The notes under the pieces are model-generated. The model did not search any database. It was not told the DNA's origin and worked only from the letters and a program-made list of their open reading frames with translations. Made by a program: the position numbers and the translations under genes. This document shows positions 40,501-53,561 of a stretch of DNA of 64,000 nt, in pieces; positions within the stretch are counted from its first letter, which is position 1; each line of letters begins with the position of its first letter. Origin of the DNA: Phoronis australis (Eukaryota > Animalia > Phoronida); assembly GCA_002633005.1 (NCBI GenBank), contig NMRA01000097.1, positions 707,734 to 771,733 on the forward strand, written 5' to 3'.

Positions 40501-43500
40501 TCACGCTTGAGAAGTATTGGCACTTCATTACTGCTTCAGACACGGCTCATGAAGTTAACCACGGGTTAGCTTTCAGCCGCCGAGTCAGTACGGCTTTTTA
40601 TGGCAACCACTCAATTTCAACCCAAGGCTAAAAAAAACAGTGCATGTGGTCTGATGTCATTTGCGGTGCATCATACGTGCGCAGGCCTCATGGTTGGGCC
40701 CATTGCACAAAACACAAAGGCTAAGAACACGATGCCTTTTCTTCGAATACGTAAATATGCCTTAGAAGAAATTCGAATTGTTGGTAGCGGGATTAGTGAT
40801 GTTCTTTTTGTTTTCTTTGACAGTTTGGAATGTCTTACTCCAGACATCTATGTACTCTTCTTTCATTGACGACTACTTCATAAAAGTTTGTCAAGCACGT
40901 GCACTCTTACTTGACTGCTTTAAAACAAAAATAACCAAGTGTTATCGCAGTCTAAACCATCGCGAACGTCCCGAGGCGAATTTGCGTGCAACTCCTTTGC
41001 AAGAGATGCACTCTGTTGTGCAGAATATAAGAATCCTGATGAAGCGAAACTTTACTGGGTGTCTTGGTATTCTAGGGTCTGCCGTCCAATCCAGTGAACA
41101 GAACTGCACTGGCCAGGTTATGTTACGACGTTGATCTCCTTGGTGAGGAATTTAAGGTGAGAAACCAATATGCAGTGCGGATATAACGCCACCCTGTTTA
41201 GATTTTGTTGAAGTGTCGTCCTTGACCCTGCTTGTTAGAGAATATTTTCAGATCATAATGTACACTACATGTACGTGTAGTTGATGACTTTAGGCATTCT
41301 CACTGTATATTCTAAACCCTTTCGTTTCACATAATTGAGACCCACTTAGTCTACGTGTAGGTATTGTCCCAACCCGCGGTGGCAGTGTGGAAGTTTTGAG
41401 CTTGTTCAAAGTTTCCGCCCTGTCACCGCGAAGGTCCGCAGTTTTGACAGTTTTCCGCGGTGCTACGGCGATCAATGGCGGTGCTACTGCGGCTTATGCC
41501 GTACAAGCACCGCTGCGGTGGCACCGCACCTCCCGTGTGAGGGGGGTAAAACGTGTGGAAATGATAATTGTTAACGTACATGTACAGTACATGTACCTCG
41601 ATTGAGAGAGAAAGCACCTTATGATTAAATGCGTATCGGTTGTGTCGAGTCAGTAAACCCTGCATTGTACATGTATCACATGAATTGGTGGTTAGTTTAC
41701 TGGCAATGTCTTACTAGCGCCAGTTAGTTGCATCCCACAAAGAAACTTACTTGTACATGGTGTTGCAGCTGATACCAAATTTACCATCTCGTCTTGCCGA
41801 CCTGCCGCAAGGGTGTGAAGAGAAGAATAGGTTTGCTAACGTTATTCCAAGTAAGTTGTTTTTCTTACATATGCTGTCTAACGCAAACATTTCCTGATTA
41901 TTAGAAAGTTGCGATGCCCCATTCCGAAAAATTCTAAATGTTATAATGACTTTAAGAGAGTTCATGTTTGTAAAAGTGTGTCTTGGCCACGGTAGTACAT
42001 TTTTCACTACAATCGATGTCGAATGTGCAAATCATAATATAATGTAAATGTATTATTACCTTTCCCATTATGTTTTTAACCCAATATCCTCGTGAGCTCT
42101 GCAACCTGAAATGCCCATGTATCGTACCTTAGATGTTTATCATCTTCTATGGCATTATTTATCACTCTGCTACTGCTGCCATTATTTTAGTTCTTGCTGC
42201 TGCTGCTGCCGCCGCCGCCGCCACCGCAATTGCTACCGCCGCCGCCACTGCTGTCATTGATTTATTACAGTGGATGCTGCTGTTGCTTTGAACTACTTCT
42301 GCTGCTTTGAACTACTGCTCCTGCTGCTTTGCACCGTTGGTGCTGTGTCGATTGTTGTTGCTGCTGTTGCACTTAAAGGCTGCTATTTGTGCGGTTGCTG
42401 CTGTCCCAGGGTCTGTTACAGCTGTTTTTCTAGCTGCAAATGTTGTTGTTACAGTCCTGCTGCTTTGAACCATCTCTGTCAGTACTGTCAGTGCTACTGC
42501 TACTGCTGCTGTTGCTACTACTATCGCTGTTGCTGCTGCTGCTGCTGCTTCTGCTCCTCCTGCTGCTGTTGCTCCTGCTGCTATTGATCTATTATGACTG
42601 TGGCTGCTCCTGAACTGCTTCAGCTGCTACTGGTACTGTTACAACTGCTACTGGAAGTACTACTGTCACTATTACTGTTGCTACAGCAATTGCTACTATT
42701 GGCCTGTCACGACTGCTGCTTGCCGTCCTGCTGCTGATGCTGTTTCATATTCCATTGTAACAGCACAGACTTCCAAATCCTTTGTCTTGCAGACTCAAGA
42801 ACTTGCGTTATGCTACCTGTTCTGCTTGATTGTCCTCAGTCACAGTACATCAACGCCAATTACGTTCGCGTGAGTCTTATTTGGACGCTTTACATCCACT
42901 CATAAAAGGGCTTTACAAACCTTTTAAGTTTAATTGATTGATGTTAATTTTCACGGTTGTTGCCTGTGTAGTGTTCGAGAGCAGTATTTGCTTTTGATCG
43001 TATTAATCTGTTCTCTTGCAATTATAATATTTTGAACTGAAAAACTTCTCAGACAACTCACTGTTTTTAACGGTAAGCTCCCAAGGGTAAACATCCAACC
43101 GATTATAATTTGGAAATGCCGTTAGACAAGAAACGTGTTCTATAAATACATACTTTTGTGGTCTGATGATATTATTTCCAGAGTCAGCTCAAACGGACCG
43201 TGTGAGCTGATGTGTGCGTAGGCCGTGTCTCGTTGTCTCTGTAACTTACTCCTGGATAATGGTGAACACAAGTGTGTTCGTACATAGTATTAGTTTTTTG
43301 TATTAATTTTTAAGATTGTCTTAATCCTTCTGAGAATGAGGTCAGCATATTGTCCCGTGCTTGCATAGAGAAGTCACCACATTGTCAGTGAGTTAATGGG
43401 ATGACAGTTTAATGCTATTATCTAAGTTTTGTCGAAGTGGATTGCCTTAAATGTAGTAATAATTAGTCGTAACTGTAGATTCTGTGCGTCTCTTGCAGGG

Positions 43501-46500
43501 TTACATGGGTGAACGTTGTTACATAGCAACACAGGCGCCGCTGGACAATACAATTTACGATTTCTGGCGAATGGTGTGGGAGAATCATTCACAAGTCATT
43601 GTCATGTTGACTGAACTCAACGAATGTGGTCTGGTACGGCACTCTATAGACAGGAAGACTTCTTGGATTGAATTCTTCTGTTTGACCAGTTTATGGTTTT
43701 CTCACTTGTCCAGAATAGGCCCAGGTCAAAGAGAATATTGCATCTGATTTGATGACGCTGCATAAGCTAACTAGATAGTTTTCCCACCAAATACAAGCAC
43801 ACCCTTCTTTTCGTGGCTTGGTTATGTCTGTACTTGTATGACATGCATTTTGGTAAAACAAAACTGTTGCTATTGTCGGTGCGCCACGATCTATGACCGA
43901 TAAAGATTATGACGTGCAAAAGCCAAGAACTTTTTACCTGGACGTGTTTCTGACGCTTTCAAATGTTATTTTTTGTATTAAACCTTTGAATCTCAAAACA
44001 TGTCGTGCAATGTCGAATGCATAGCTAATTTTCATGTGTAGGTCAGAGGCAAAGGACAATCAACTTTGCAGCTAAATCTTGTTCAAGTGACTTGAATGAG
44101 CCACAAATATTTGCCACTCGAAGTATAAGAAGTATTATCCTTAGTATTGGGCACGCACAACTGGTGTCGACGTAGTTTGTCATGATATAAATTCTCTCGT
44201 ACCCTGCCTTTCTAGCCCAAGTGTAGCCCGTACTGGCCGAGCTCAGAAGGGGCTGACACAGTGCAACAGTATGAGAACTTGGAGATTTCGCTGAAGAAAA
44301 GGGAAGTAAAGAAAGACTACATAATGTCTAAATTGAGATTGAAAGACACTGAAGTAAGTTGGTTGAAAGGCTTAGTGTAGTAGTTATAGTGTTGCATTTT
44401 TAGCGGACATGTTGTTAAAAGAGGAACTCGAAATTCATTAGGTCGTGCTAGCCGTACATGTGTGAATATATCAGTCTTCCAGCCTCACAGGTTTATAAAT
44501 AGAATTTGTTTTTTTGCATTAATCCTTTAAATGGGATACGAAATTGATAAAGATAATTATTTCTCAAACCGGACGTATGACGCAGAGAAAACGTATTTGT
44601 TCCGCTTTTATAAAGATCGACTAAAAGTGAATAATAACTTCCAAGCTAACCAAAATGTGAAAAAGTGTCAAGCACGCCTGCAGAAGCCTTTCACATATAC
44701 TTTGACAGTTAATCGAATCTTCCTTTTGGGCCGTTCACGTAATTTTGACTAGTGCTATAAATCCAGTTTATCTATACCCAGATCATGCGGACTAAAGCAT
44801 TTAAGCTCTGGGTCGTTTCTTTTCCAGACTAAACAGTGGAGAGATTTGGTACATTTTTGGTTCTTGAGTTGGCCACATCATGGCGTTCCCGAATCACCGC
44901 TGGCCCTTTTGACCTTTTTAGACGAAGTTAAACCGTACATGGCTATCAGCAACGGACCCACCATAGTTCACTGCAGGTACGGGAGAGAGGGAGAAAGAGG
45001 GAGGGGGACGGAGAGGGGGAGGGACGGAGGGAGGGAGGGAGCCGAAGATCCTCAAAGGCAAAAACCCCTTCATTGTGGACTGCCGTAAAACACAATAGAA
45101 TATAACGTAAGCTATGCCGGAAAAATATGAGATGGTGATTATTCATACAAAGTCATTTGACTGATAATTAGAAGACTGGCGTATGAAATCAATAGTTTAA
45201 GTACTTAAATAAATATATAAACCTGACACCTGAGTAAAAATTAATAGATGGGCCGGGTCAGTGCTACGTTCCACAGAATACAACATGATAGAAACTTGAA
45301 AATTGTTAATGGTATCGGAAGAATTGAATGACGGCAGTCAGTACACTAATGAGAAATTATTTCGGTAGTGTTTGATTTGATCAGATACTTCCAGAGCAAT
45401 GGCGGATCTAGGGTATACTGAATGGGACAGGTGCAGATATCAACGAACAGTCGTTCACGTTGGCACTAAAAGAGCACGCGGGCGCTGTTTTTGGTCTTTT
45501 TCTGCCTCTAAACCCGTCCCAGGGGTGACTAACTATGTGAGCCCATTACACTCTAGGTGGCCAGTTTGCTTTGTGTAGAACTACTGGAATGAAGCCACAA
45601 GCTTTCCTTTGTGCCTGGTGTCATTTCAGCAATACGGTGAGTCGCGTGCTCATCTAGGTGGCAGCACTTGTGAGGTCCAACGTACATGTAATCTTTGGGT
45701 ATTGCTTTACAAAACTCTCCATTTTTGACCAATGTTGCGGTTATGAAAGAGATTTTGCTTTTTGCAGTCCTGGAACTGGACGCACTGGCGCATTCCTAGC
45801 CATTCACATTTGCATGGTGCAATACGACGAAAGCGAAACAGTGGACGTGTTGAGCTGTGTGCACAGACTCAGACAAGACAGGGCTGGTCTATTGCAGACC
45901 AAGGACCAATACACGTTCATTTACACGGTAACTAAGCAGGAAACCATACATGTACATGTATATTTAACTCCATTGTCTTGATCACCATTAGGAGGTGGAC
46001 CCAGTTTGGTAGGGCTTATAGAAACTACTTTTTGTGGGTACTTTAAGGGGATAATTTTATTTTGGTGGCTTTTAGTTCATTTGCTAGTGGGGTTTCAAAA
46101 GCTAATCAAGTTGTCACAAATAAAATTGCACATCCTTGATACCATACTAACAAGAGAGTATTCACTTTAAAGTCATCTGGACAAAACTAAATCGTGACTC
46201 TTCTGTCAATCGCGAACATTTGGTCCACCAAGTGGTAGAAAGGTGTAAGTTAATTCTATTTGATATACACATTTTTAAAAAGTGTACAAGTATAGTAGTG
46301 GTTACTTTCAGAATTTGATTGCACATTAGGTTACTACCACATAGAAACTACGTTGCGCCTCCCCCCCCCCTCCCCGGGGGCCAACAGCGAATGCTTTTTG
46401 CTACGACTCCCCACCTACATTAGACTCTACCCTATGTTCAATGGTCTGAACTAGAATGTGATTCGTTTTTATTTTCTGTAGGCATTCTGTGTCCTTTTGA

Positions 46501-46604
46501 ACTCAGTGACCAACCTGCATGAAGTTTTCAAGTGGCGCACCGCACGACGACTGCGTGAAGCTCAGTTATCGTATATTAACATTCAAGCTATATGCAGACC
46601 GTGA
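34587..46604 (+). CDS. Receptor-type protein tyrosine phosphatase, single PTP domain, mucin-like ectodomain, ~1165 aa (13 coding exons)
   Basis: Exons 34587-34623, 36002-37674, 38384-38878, 39390-39548, 40022-40210, 41076-41156, 41769-41850, 42793-42869, 43499-43633, 44216-44353, 44828-44976, 45768-45927, 46482-46604; phases consistent, total 3498 nt. Signal peptide [24 protein letters not shown]; Ser/Thr-rich stalk; [27 protein letters not shown] motifs [71 protein letters not shown]. The first and last exons and the 40210 donor are less certain. Confidence 0.9.
35417..35738. mobile_element. Putative MITE in PTP intron 1
   Basis: Imperfect TIR gggccggtgtct / agacaccgggccc. Confidence 0.5.
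37927..38073. mobile_element. CATGGGCGGCGCA-family MITE (long form)
   Basis: catgggcggcgca ... tgcgccacccatg; flanks taccc / caccc. Confidence 0.8.
39147..39288. repeat. Near-perfect ~140-bp palindrome in PTP intron 3
   Basis: aatagtaaaactaataaaactaaaatgacgagcgtcagtactaaaata ... tattttagtaccgacgctcgtcattttagttttattagttttactatt. Confidence 0.9.
39706..39869. mobile_element. CAGTGGCGGA-family MITE with 5-bp TSD (TGTAG)
   Basis: tgtag|caggtttggatccag ... aaatccgccactg|tgtag. Confidence 0.75.
42165..42745. repeat. Degenerate (CTG/CTA/GCC)n trinucleotide low-complexity tract in a PTP intron
   Basis: Runs of gctgctgct, gccgccgcc and ctactg between exons 41769-41850 and 42793-42869. Confidence 0.9.
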
Positions 46605-47562
46605 CCCCGGATCAGCATTCACTGACATTTAAACTATATTCATTTAAGACCGTTACCCATCGGTCAATCTCTCCTGCTCACTAGCTTTTCCCAGTTCCAC
46701 TTGCATGAACTTCGCACAGAACAAGCTTATTTGAAAACATACGCACTCGCTCGCGGACTGGAGCAAACGACATGGCAATACTCCCAACTAGATTTAGTTT
46801 TTGCAGAGACCCTAGCTTTCAAGTGCTTAAAATCACCAATTCCATATCAAAACGCCAGAAACAATCCCACCTGTCGATGAGCTGTCAATTTAGAACTCCC
46901 GTGTTGGTGGACATTACACACTGGCGCTGGGTATGTCCATACGTCACACTTATGTAGGTGGAGCTACGAAACTTTCAATTGAACTCGCTGTTCTTCAATT
47001 TTCTCGTTTTTGGGGATATTAAATTCATGATTGTGACATGCAGGAAGACTTAATGATTCTGACAATGTAGTCACTTGAATTGCTTCCCCGTCGTCGCAAT
47101 TTGAGCTACGTCCGGTCGTGAAAATTTGATTACCCCCCACAGATCGCAGCTATTTCCTAGAGGTCAGTGTAGTTACGAGACGGAGCTCTTACTTTGTGCA
47201 GGCTCTAAGTTGTACTTCAGTCCTCTTAAAGGTAACGCAACCGTTTTTGATGGAACGTTTATATAGCCTACTGATCTCTCGCTATCTTGATGACACAAGT
47301 TCTGTGTTATTCCGGCGAGTGTTAAATATCCATGGAACAACAGAAAGTGACAAGAACAGCACAGCAAAAGCCACACGTCCGGCGTCTGTATTCACTTTCA
47401 CACAGTTAACACATTCTCCTGGTCCCATTGAGCACAACCTGTGCCTATCGTTCGTGTTTGTTCAACGGATGAGAATGCAGAATCGATATGCAGGCCTTGT
47501 GCTGGGCCGTACACGTCACTTCCTTTTGTTGCATGGATAGTAAATACACCAAAGGAACATTA

Positions 47563-48097
47563 AATAACGGGGAAATGTCTGTCCAACCGGCTTTCTATAA
47601 GTATTATCAAAAACGCATAGAATACCTGGTGGCTCTAGGCACTGAACCTGGAATGATAATATAAATTCATGTTCTTTTACCAAGCTATGTGCCGTGTTGG
47701 CTGTGGAAGGTGCAAGAGAGATTTGATGAGTCTTCCTCAACTCAACACCAATGCATACAGTATTCATGGGCGGCGCACTAAAGGGTTTTGGGGGGGGCTA
47801 TATGCCACCAGTTTTTGCAATGCTACGCCNATAACGGGGAAATGTCTGTCCAACCGGCTTTCTATAAGTATTATCAAAAACGCATAGAATACCTGGTGGC
47901 TCTAGGCACTGAACCTGGAATGATAATATAAATTCATGTTCTTTTACCAAGCTATGTGCCGTGTTGGCTGTGGAAGATGCAAGAGAGATTTGATGAGTCT
48001 TCCTCAACTCAACACCAATGCATACAGTATTCATGGGCGGCGCACTAAAGGGTTTTGGGGGGGCTATATGCCACCAGTTTTTTCAATGCTACGCCGC
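47563..48097. repeat. ~267-bp direct tandem duplication joined at a single N (probable assembly artifact)
   Basis: ataacggg(g)aaatgtctgtcc...tgctacgcc at 47563-47829 repeats almost identically from 47831; n at 47830. Confidence 0.85.
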
Positions 48098-48184
48098 ACA
48101 TGGTCTATAGGCCGTGCACCACAGGAGGACAGAGGGGGCTTTGCCCCCCCCCCCCACTTTTTTTTCAGTGCTGCGCCGCCCATG
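48032..48184. mobile_element. CATGGGCGGCGCA-family MITE (long form)
   Basis: catgggcggcgcac ... gctgcgccgcccatg; similar to 37927-38073. Confidence 0.8.
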
Positions 48185-48749
48185 ATGTTTGATGGAAAAG
48201 TAGTTTCGCCGTATCTGACTGTTCGATAACGCACGTCACACGGGCGTATTATCACGCGTGTAGGATAAATGGGGTCACTCTAGTCTCCACAAAAATCCCT
48301 ACCGCTTGCTGTTAACTTGTGTTTTTGAATCCAGAATATTGTTAATATTTTGTAGACACTCAACGAATACGCAACCTGCCTTCATTGTTCCTCTCATGAC
48401 GACACGTCCGGAAGTGACTCCGACGATGACGTCAGTTGACATTTATTGCGCATTTTGTGGCACAAGCACCATATCCATTTCATCACCGAAACCTGGCGTC
48501 CAACTGGTCAACTACATGCAGCAAATCAACTTGACGAAATTTTGTTAAAAGCACCTCTGTGAATGCAAAGTGTCGAGTGACGGCTTAGGTCAAATCATCG
48601 ACGGATATGGCGTCAGGCTCACCACACTCGTGTATTTATGGGTATATTATATCCTGTGTATAGCATACTTTTGTCTACATTTAAATCAACTCTCGTGTTG
48701 CCATCATGACCTGAATAAGGAGGATTGGATGACATCTGCATTGACATTC

Positions 48750-48817
48750 CATGGGCGGCGCACCATAGGGGGCTGGGGGGCTGTAGCCCCACATTTTTCA
48801 TTGCTGCGTTGCCCATG
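48750..48817. mobile_element. CATGGGCGGCGCA-family MITE with TSD CATTC
   Basis: cattc|catgggcggcgca ... tgcgttgcccatg|cattc. Confidence 0.8.
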
Positions 48818-49186
48818 CATTCATGGTTTAGAAGCTGAAATTGTAGGTGTTTGAAATTGTGTCAGGCGTGAAGGCTGTAACGGTTGATTCGTTTGCTGTG
48901 GATCAAAGAATTGCTTTAGTTACATGCAAAATGAATTGTTAGTACATGTATATTGTTTTATACGTATCCCCATACCGAAGGTATAGCTGCCAAATCCACA
49001 TGTCTTTTAATTGTCTAAAACACTTGGTGATCGTTTGTAAAATGACCATTCAATTGATTGAAGGTGTATTTCTTAGGATGTTAAGATTTTTAACTCTCTA
49101 AACGTCCCTGGACAATCCTTTGAATGGTTGAAATAAACAACTAAATGGATTCTCCCGTGTGGTCACCAGACAATTTTCGACATAAG

Positions 49187-51185
49187 CTAAAACTTTCCAA
49201 GCACACCAAATACGCACTTGGTGTCTCCACCTGCTGAGACAGTCAGGAAGCTACCCGGCTGCACGTGCGCGACATACGGGAACTTGTCGAGAAGAACTGA
49301 CTGCAAAGTTTGCACCAGGTAGTGTGCATATCCATATTTGGCATCAGCGCTGACCACGGCAAGAGTCGTGTTGTGCGCAGCGCCTCCTGCATCCCTCCAA
49401 TTGATCTGTAATGAAGAGCATGTGAACCAATGGTGAATAACATAATTCACCTAACAATGTCCCTCTAGAAAATAAGAATCAAACACAAACTTGCATTTTC
49501 AACTTAAAAGTTTCACATGAAACAAACAAATTACAGTGTTATCAGTTAAACATGTAGTGGAACAGCAGATTCATTCCCATCCGTGGCTTTCTCTTTTTTC
49601 TGTTCAAATTACAAAAATCCCTTGTATACTTAATCATATAGATTGCCTCCGTTGAACGCTTCCGAGTCTTCCTGGGTGTAACCTTCTTATGTATTCCTTA
49701 CATGCCCCCCCCCCCCCCCCNCTTGCCGTTTATAATAGCGTCTCAGTTACAGATGTATATGTTTGAACATTAAATATGCATCGCATTTGTGGACTTTGTG
49801 CAAACACTTCTCCTTTCTTCTGCTATTTAACCTTCATTGATACTATCACGTGCTTGCTTTGATATATAACGAGATTCAACCATATCTTGAATTCTTATTA
49901 TTACAGAAATGACAGGAATTTTTGATACTTTTATAAGAAAATATCTTATTAGTAAAAATGGAGTTCATACAAGTAACCAAAAGAAAGTAATACCAAAACA
50001 TAATTTAGTAAACAACGTCAAAACAGTGCGTTGAAAATTTGAGGAACAGAACTGAGTCTCTTTTGGGATTGTTTCTTGCAACTGCATGAGCGGTGCACCA
50101 TAGGGGTGCTATAGCCCCATATTTTCAGTGCTGCTCCGTCCATGAACTGGTAAGGAGTGCCGCCCTTCCATCTGCATATGTTTAGTGGAAACGAAGCGTC
50201 ATTGTTTCGATGACGTTAGCTGACGCACCGAAGCTGCTTTATTTACTACAGGCAAAAATTGTTTTCATACTGTTGCTGGCTTCTCAACGAGGCATGTGTC
50301 AGACTAAAAGCAACACGCGTAACTGGATTAAGGACATGCAATGCCAATATGGGAAGGTTTAACAGTAGAGGTTTAACCTTTTTCTAGGAATTATGAATTG
50401 ATGTTTACTGACCTGAAATTTGAATTGTGAACCAACTAAATTATATCCATACAGAACCACGGAAGAGTTGGTTGGTGATGGGAATTCACAATGGCTAATG
50501 ATGCCGTACGTCTGCAACGAGTTACTGATTTCTGTCGCCAGAGATCTCGGGTATCCGCCATTCGTGCACCGGAAGTACGGGTCCCAAAACGAGGATGCTA
50601 TCAGTTGGGGGCCATACCCCACTGCACTTATCTCGGAATTGAGCCGAGATAAAGATATTCTGTTATAAACAACATCGGTGTCTGAAAAGAACAATCTTGC
50701 ATTAGTGTCAGTAAATGCCAAATGTGTGTCTAACTATTCGAGCGCAACTTGCAATTAACCGATATCAATAAAGATTTTATGCACATTTTTCTTAACAGGT
50801 CATGCAAAAACGGAATACTCTGCCAAGCAAGTTCCACAGTACTTGTTTCTTGTTACTTGTTTTTAATAGTAAACCTAATACAATTCGCCCTGTTGAGCTG
50901 CCTAAGAACGAAAATTAAATTAGGCCCTTTACTCTCATAAAACCGATCTTTCAACTTCCTTTCAGTGGCAAGATTCTATTTCCGTTATCTGCAGGAACAT
51001 CGAAATCATCAGCGATTTAAGGAAACGCTAATTCATAATTTGTTTTGGTTCCCCAGCGTTGGTAACTGCCAAGGTAAGTTACGCGCACTTTAAAACCATG
51101 GTACACTACACGCTCAGAAAAATATCTCACTTAGCAGGGTAATTATAGTCTGTGTTGAGATGAAAATCAAAGGGACTACTTCTGC
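49187..51185 (-). CDS. Partial orphan gene, probably a small secreted protein; 5' end unresolved
   Basis: Exon 50729-50413 (donor CAG|GTCAGT) joins in phase 0 to exon 49405-49187 (acceptor ttcattacag) and reads open to a stop: ..HLAFTDTNARLFFSDTDVVYNRISL...CTNGGYP...HCEFP...FKFQ|INWRDAGG...TKCVFGVLGKF*. An upstream donor at 51131 (AA|GTGAGA) gives an in-phase hydrophobic EVVPLIFISTQTIITLL, but I found no in-frame ATG. Confidence 0.55.
50085..50144. mobile_element. CATGGGCGGCGCA-family MITE (60 bp) with TSD AACTG
   Basis: aactg|catgagcggtgca ... tgctccgtccatg|aactg. Confidence 0.75.
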
Positions 51186-53308
51186 CAGTCACAGCTCTCA
51201 TCCGACATTGCTGGTAAGGGAGCCGTCCCGGAGTACACGGCGACAGAACTCTCCTTTGTCCTGGGAATAAGAAAGCACGTGACCTAGTTTTGGAAATCCT
51301 CGACATTTTCGTGTCTCTCATTGGTGTTGAGAACGCGAAGAATTTCAGATCACTCATCCACGGGTATTTGTCCAGTTTATCAAACTTTTTCACGTCGAGT
51401 TGCAGCTCACAGCCCAGCAAGATTACTTCGTTCCGTTGGCATTGGAAGGACGAATAAATTAATACAACCGAGAAAGACGTGAAACGAATCTGACAACAAC
51501 AAACGACAGGTGAAATTCCATTGGCACGAAACGAGACAGCAAACGTGCCTGACGGATGTTTACGGCATTGTGGGTAAAGAGAGCGAGATTCGAGTGTCGC
51601 TCTGTAATCCGGGACGGCCCTATTCAACTGAGATGGAATGCCGCAGGAGTTTTTACACGTCGTAACAAGGTTTAAAAATGATTTCTAGAAAGGTAGTGAA
51701 ATTTCTTCTCCATACATGCACTGTGTGATTTTGCTAAAAGCATCCTGAAAAAACCAAACGTGAGACGTTATGGTTTTGCACGAATTTTTTCAATGAATAG
51801 ACAAAACACGTCAAAAATGTCCCCCCGATTTCCGAAGTAAAAATGTGTGCTTCTTTTAAACAAGCTAGATTATATTAGTTATATGACAGGATCAGTCGGC
51901 ACAATACACAAACACAGTTACCTACATGTAGCTATAATACCTTTTGTGCGCATCGCGCACCATCTCAGTGTACAGTGCGGTGCTTTGGGTTTACGTCCAC
52001 TATGACTGGTAATAGAATGAAGCTCTCAGAGCAACGACGGTCACGGGATCGATTTATGACAGTAAAAGGCTAATTACAGTTTCGTTCTTTGGAGGACGAA
52101 ATGCATCTTTGCAAAGGTTGCGTCAGTCGCCTCACCTTATTTTTTGTTTCGACAACATCAGCTTCTTGTGATTTTCAACAAAATAATTATGAATACCGAC
52201 ATTTTATTCTGTTCAATTTTATCCTGTCACAGTCAGCATCTGCTTATTTTACAGCTGTTTTCGAAAAGGCGGTAATGTATACTAGTTAAAATTACGCGCA
52301 TTTACTATAAAAAAGCAAACCTTCTTATCGCAATAACCGATGGTTAAGCACTCCACAGTTGTTTTTGTCTTGAAGAAATCAAAATTAGTCTGTACCTAAT
52401 GTTAATTACGATTACATGCTCACTGATGACACACATGTCATGTAGACACGAAAATCCCATTACTACTGAACGTTGTAGTACGTTACTTGTAGGCACACGT
52501 GTGTACAAGTAGTACCCAGCGTAGATTATTGTTTCAGCTGTGTCCATTCTTGTGTTAAACAGTTATGAAGTGTGGAATAAGACGAAGTTTCAGGATAACC
52601 ATCACACATAGTGGTCTGTGATCTGAACTGAGGCAGTCATACACGCATGCTTTTGATCTTTTGTTTTAACAAAGCTTTTAAGCTTGATAAACTTAACCTG
52701 TGAACTACAAATGATGTATTTACTTCAGATACTCTTGGCAAATTGACCTCGTTGCTTTAGCTAATTTTTCTCTGCAGTGGTGATTAAAGAAAACTTGGCG
52801 ACGTGAACTTGAAAGAAAATATAGAGGGTTTAATGGGTTGCTCAAGCATATTTTAAATTTAAAACAGTTACACTAATGCTCTGATCTTTATCACCGGTCA
52901 TCTTGTTTCTTGGCTGGTGATAACGCAAAGTGAAATTTTCCGCACTTCTGGTCGCTTGGCACCGCAGATCAGTTAGTGTCAGTTATTTTATAGGAAATGT
53001 GTTTTTACTAATAACAGTTTTCAGGAAATTGAAAAGCGTAATACCCACGATAGGAGTTCTCATGATAAAGTTCTTGTAGTGCTCTTCGTAAATGAATATC
53101 GAATCAATAACAGCAGATGTGTCGCCAGAGAGCAATTGAGCTCGTGATCACGTGGACCCGCAAACATATTAGAGTTCGTGTAGTTCTTGTAACCGATTGT
53201 TAAGAAAGTCAACCAAATCAAAAAAGCTTATCCAAAATTACCATGAACTAGACCATTTGATATCTTAGCCCGGCCGACCGGCGATGGCGACCAGAGAGGG
53301 GGCTTCTC

Positions 53309-53561
53309 CATGCGCGCACCCAGCCTAAAATATAGGGGGCTCGAATTTTTCGGTATGCGGACCTTTTTACTGGCAAAAAAGAAAAATAGGCTACTAGGTT
53401 CAGGCCTACGAATTGTGCATCCGCGCATAATTCCTGTGGACTTTGTGGACTTTTGTCTTGTTTACTAGGACTCTTTGTTTCGCTGAGGCGAACCTTTTTG
53501 CCCAATTCGCCAAATTGGGGGGCCCGTTCGAGCTCCCCGAGCCACCCTGGGTGTGCCCATG
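53309..53561. mobile_element. MITE with CATG termini and 5-bp TSD (TTCTC)
   Basis: ttctc|catgcgcgcacccag ... ctgggtgtgcccatg|ttctc; homolog of 25873-26150. Confidence 0.85.

Noticed and set aside
42270-42587. Cys-rich 105-aa ORF resembling a metallothionein or keratin-associated protein
   Set aside because: It is the translation of a degenerate (CTG)n tract inside a PTP intron, and it starts at GTG rather than ATG.
47563-48097. Duplicated ORFs (MFFYQAMCRVGCGRCKR...) suggesting a tandem gene pair
   Set aside because: Near-identical copies are joined at a single N, and the first ends in a truncated MITE; most likely a contig-overlap or haplotype artifact.
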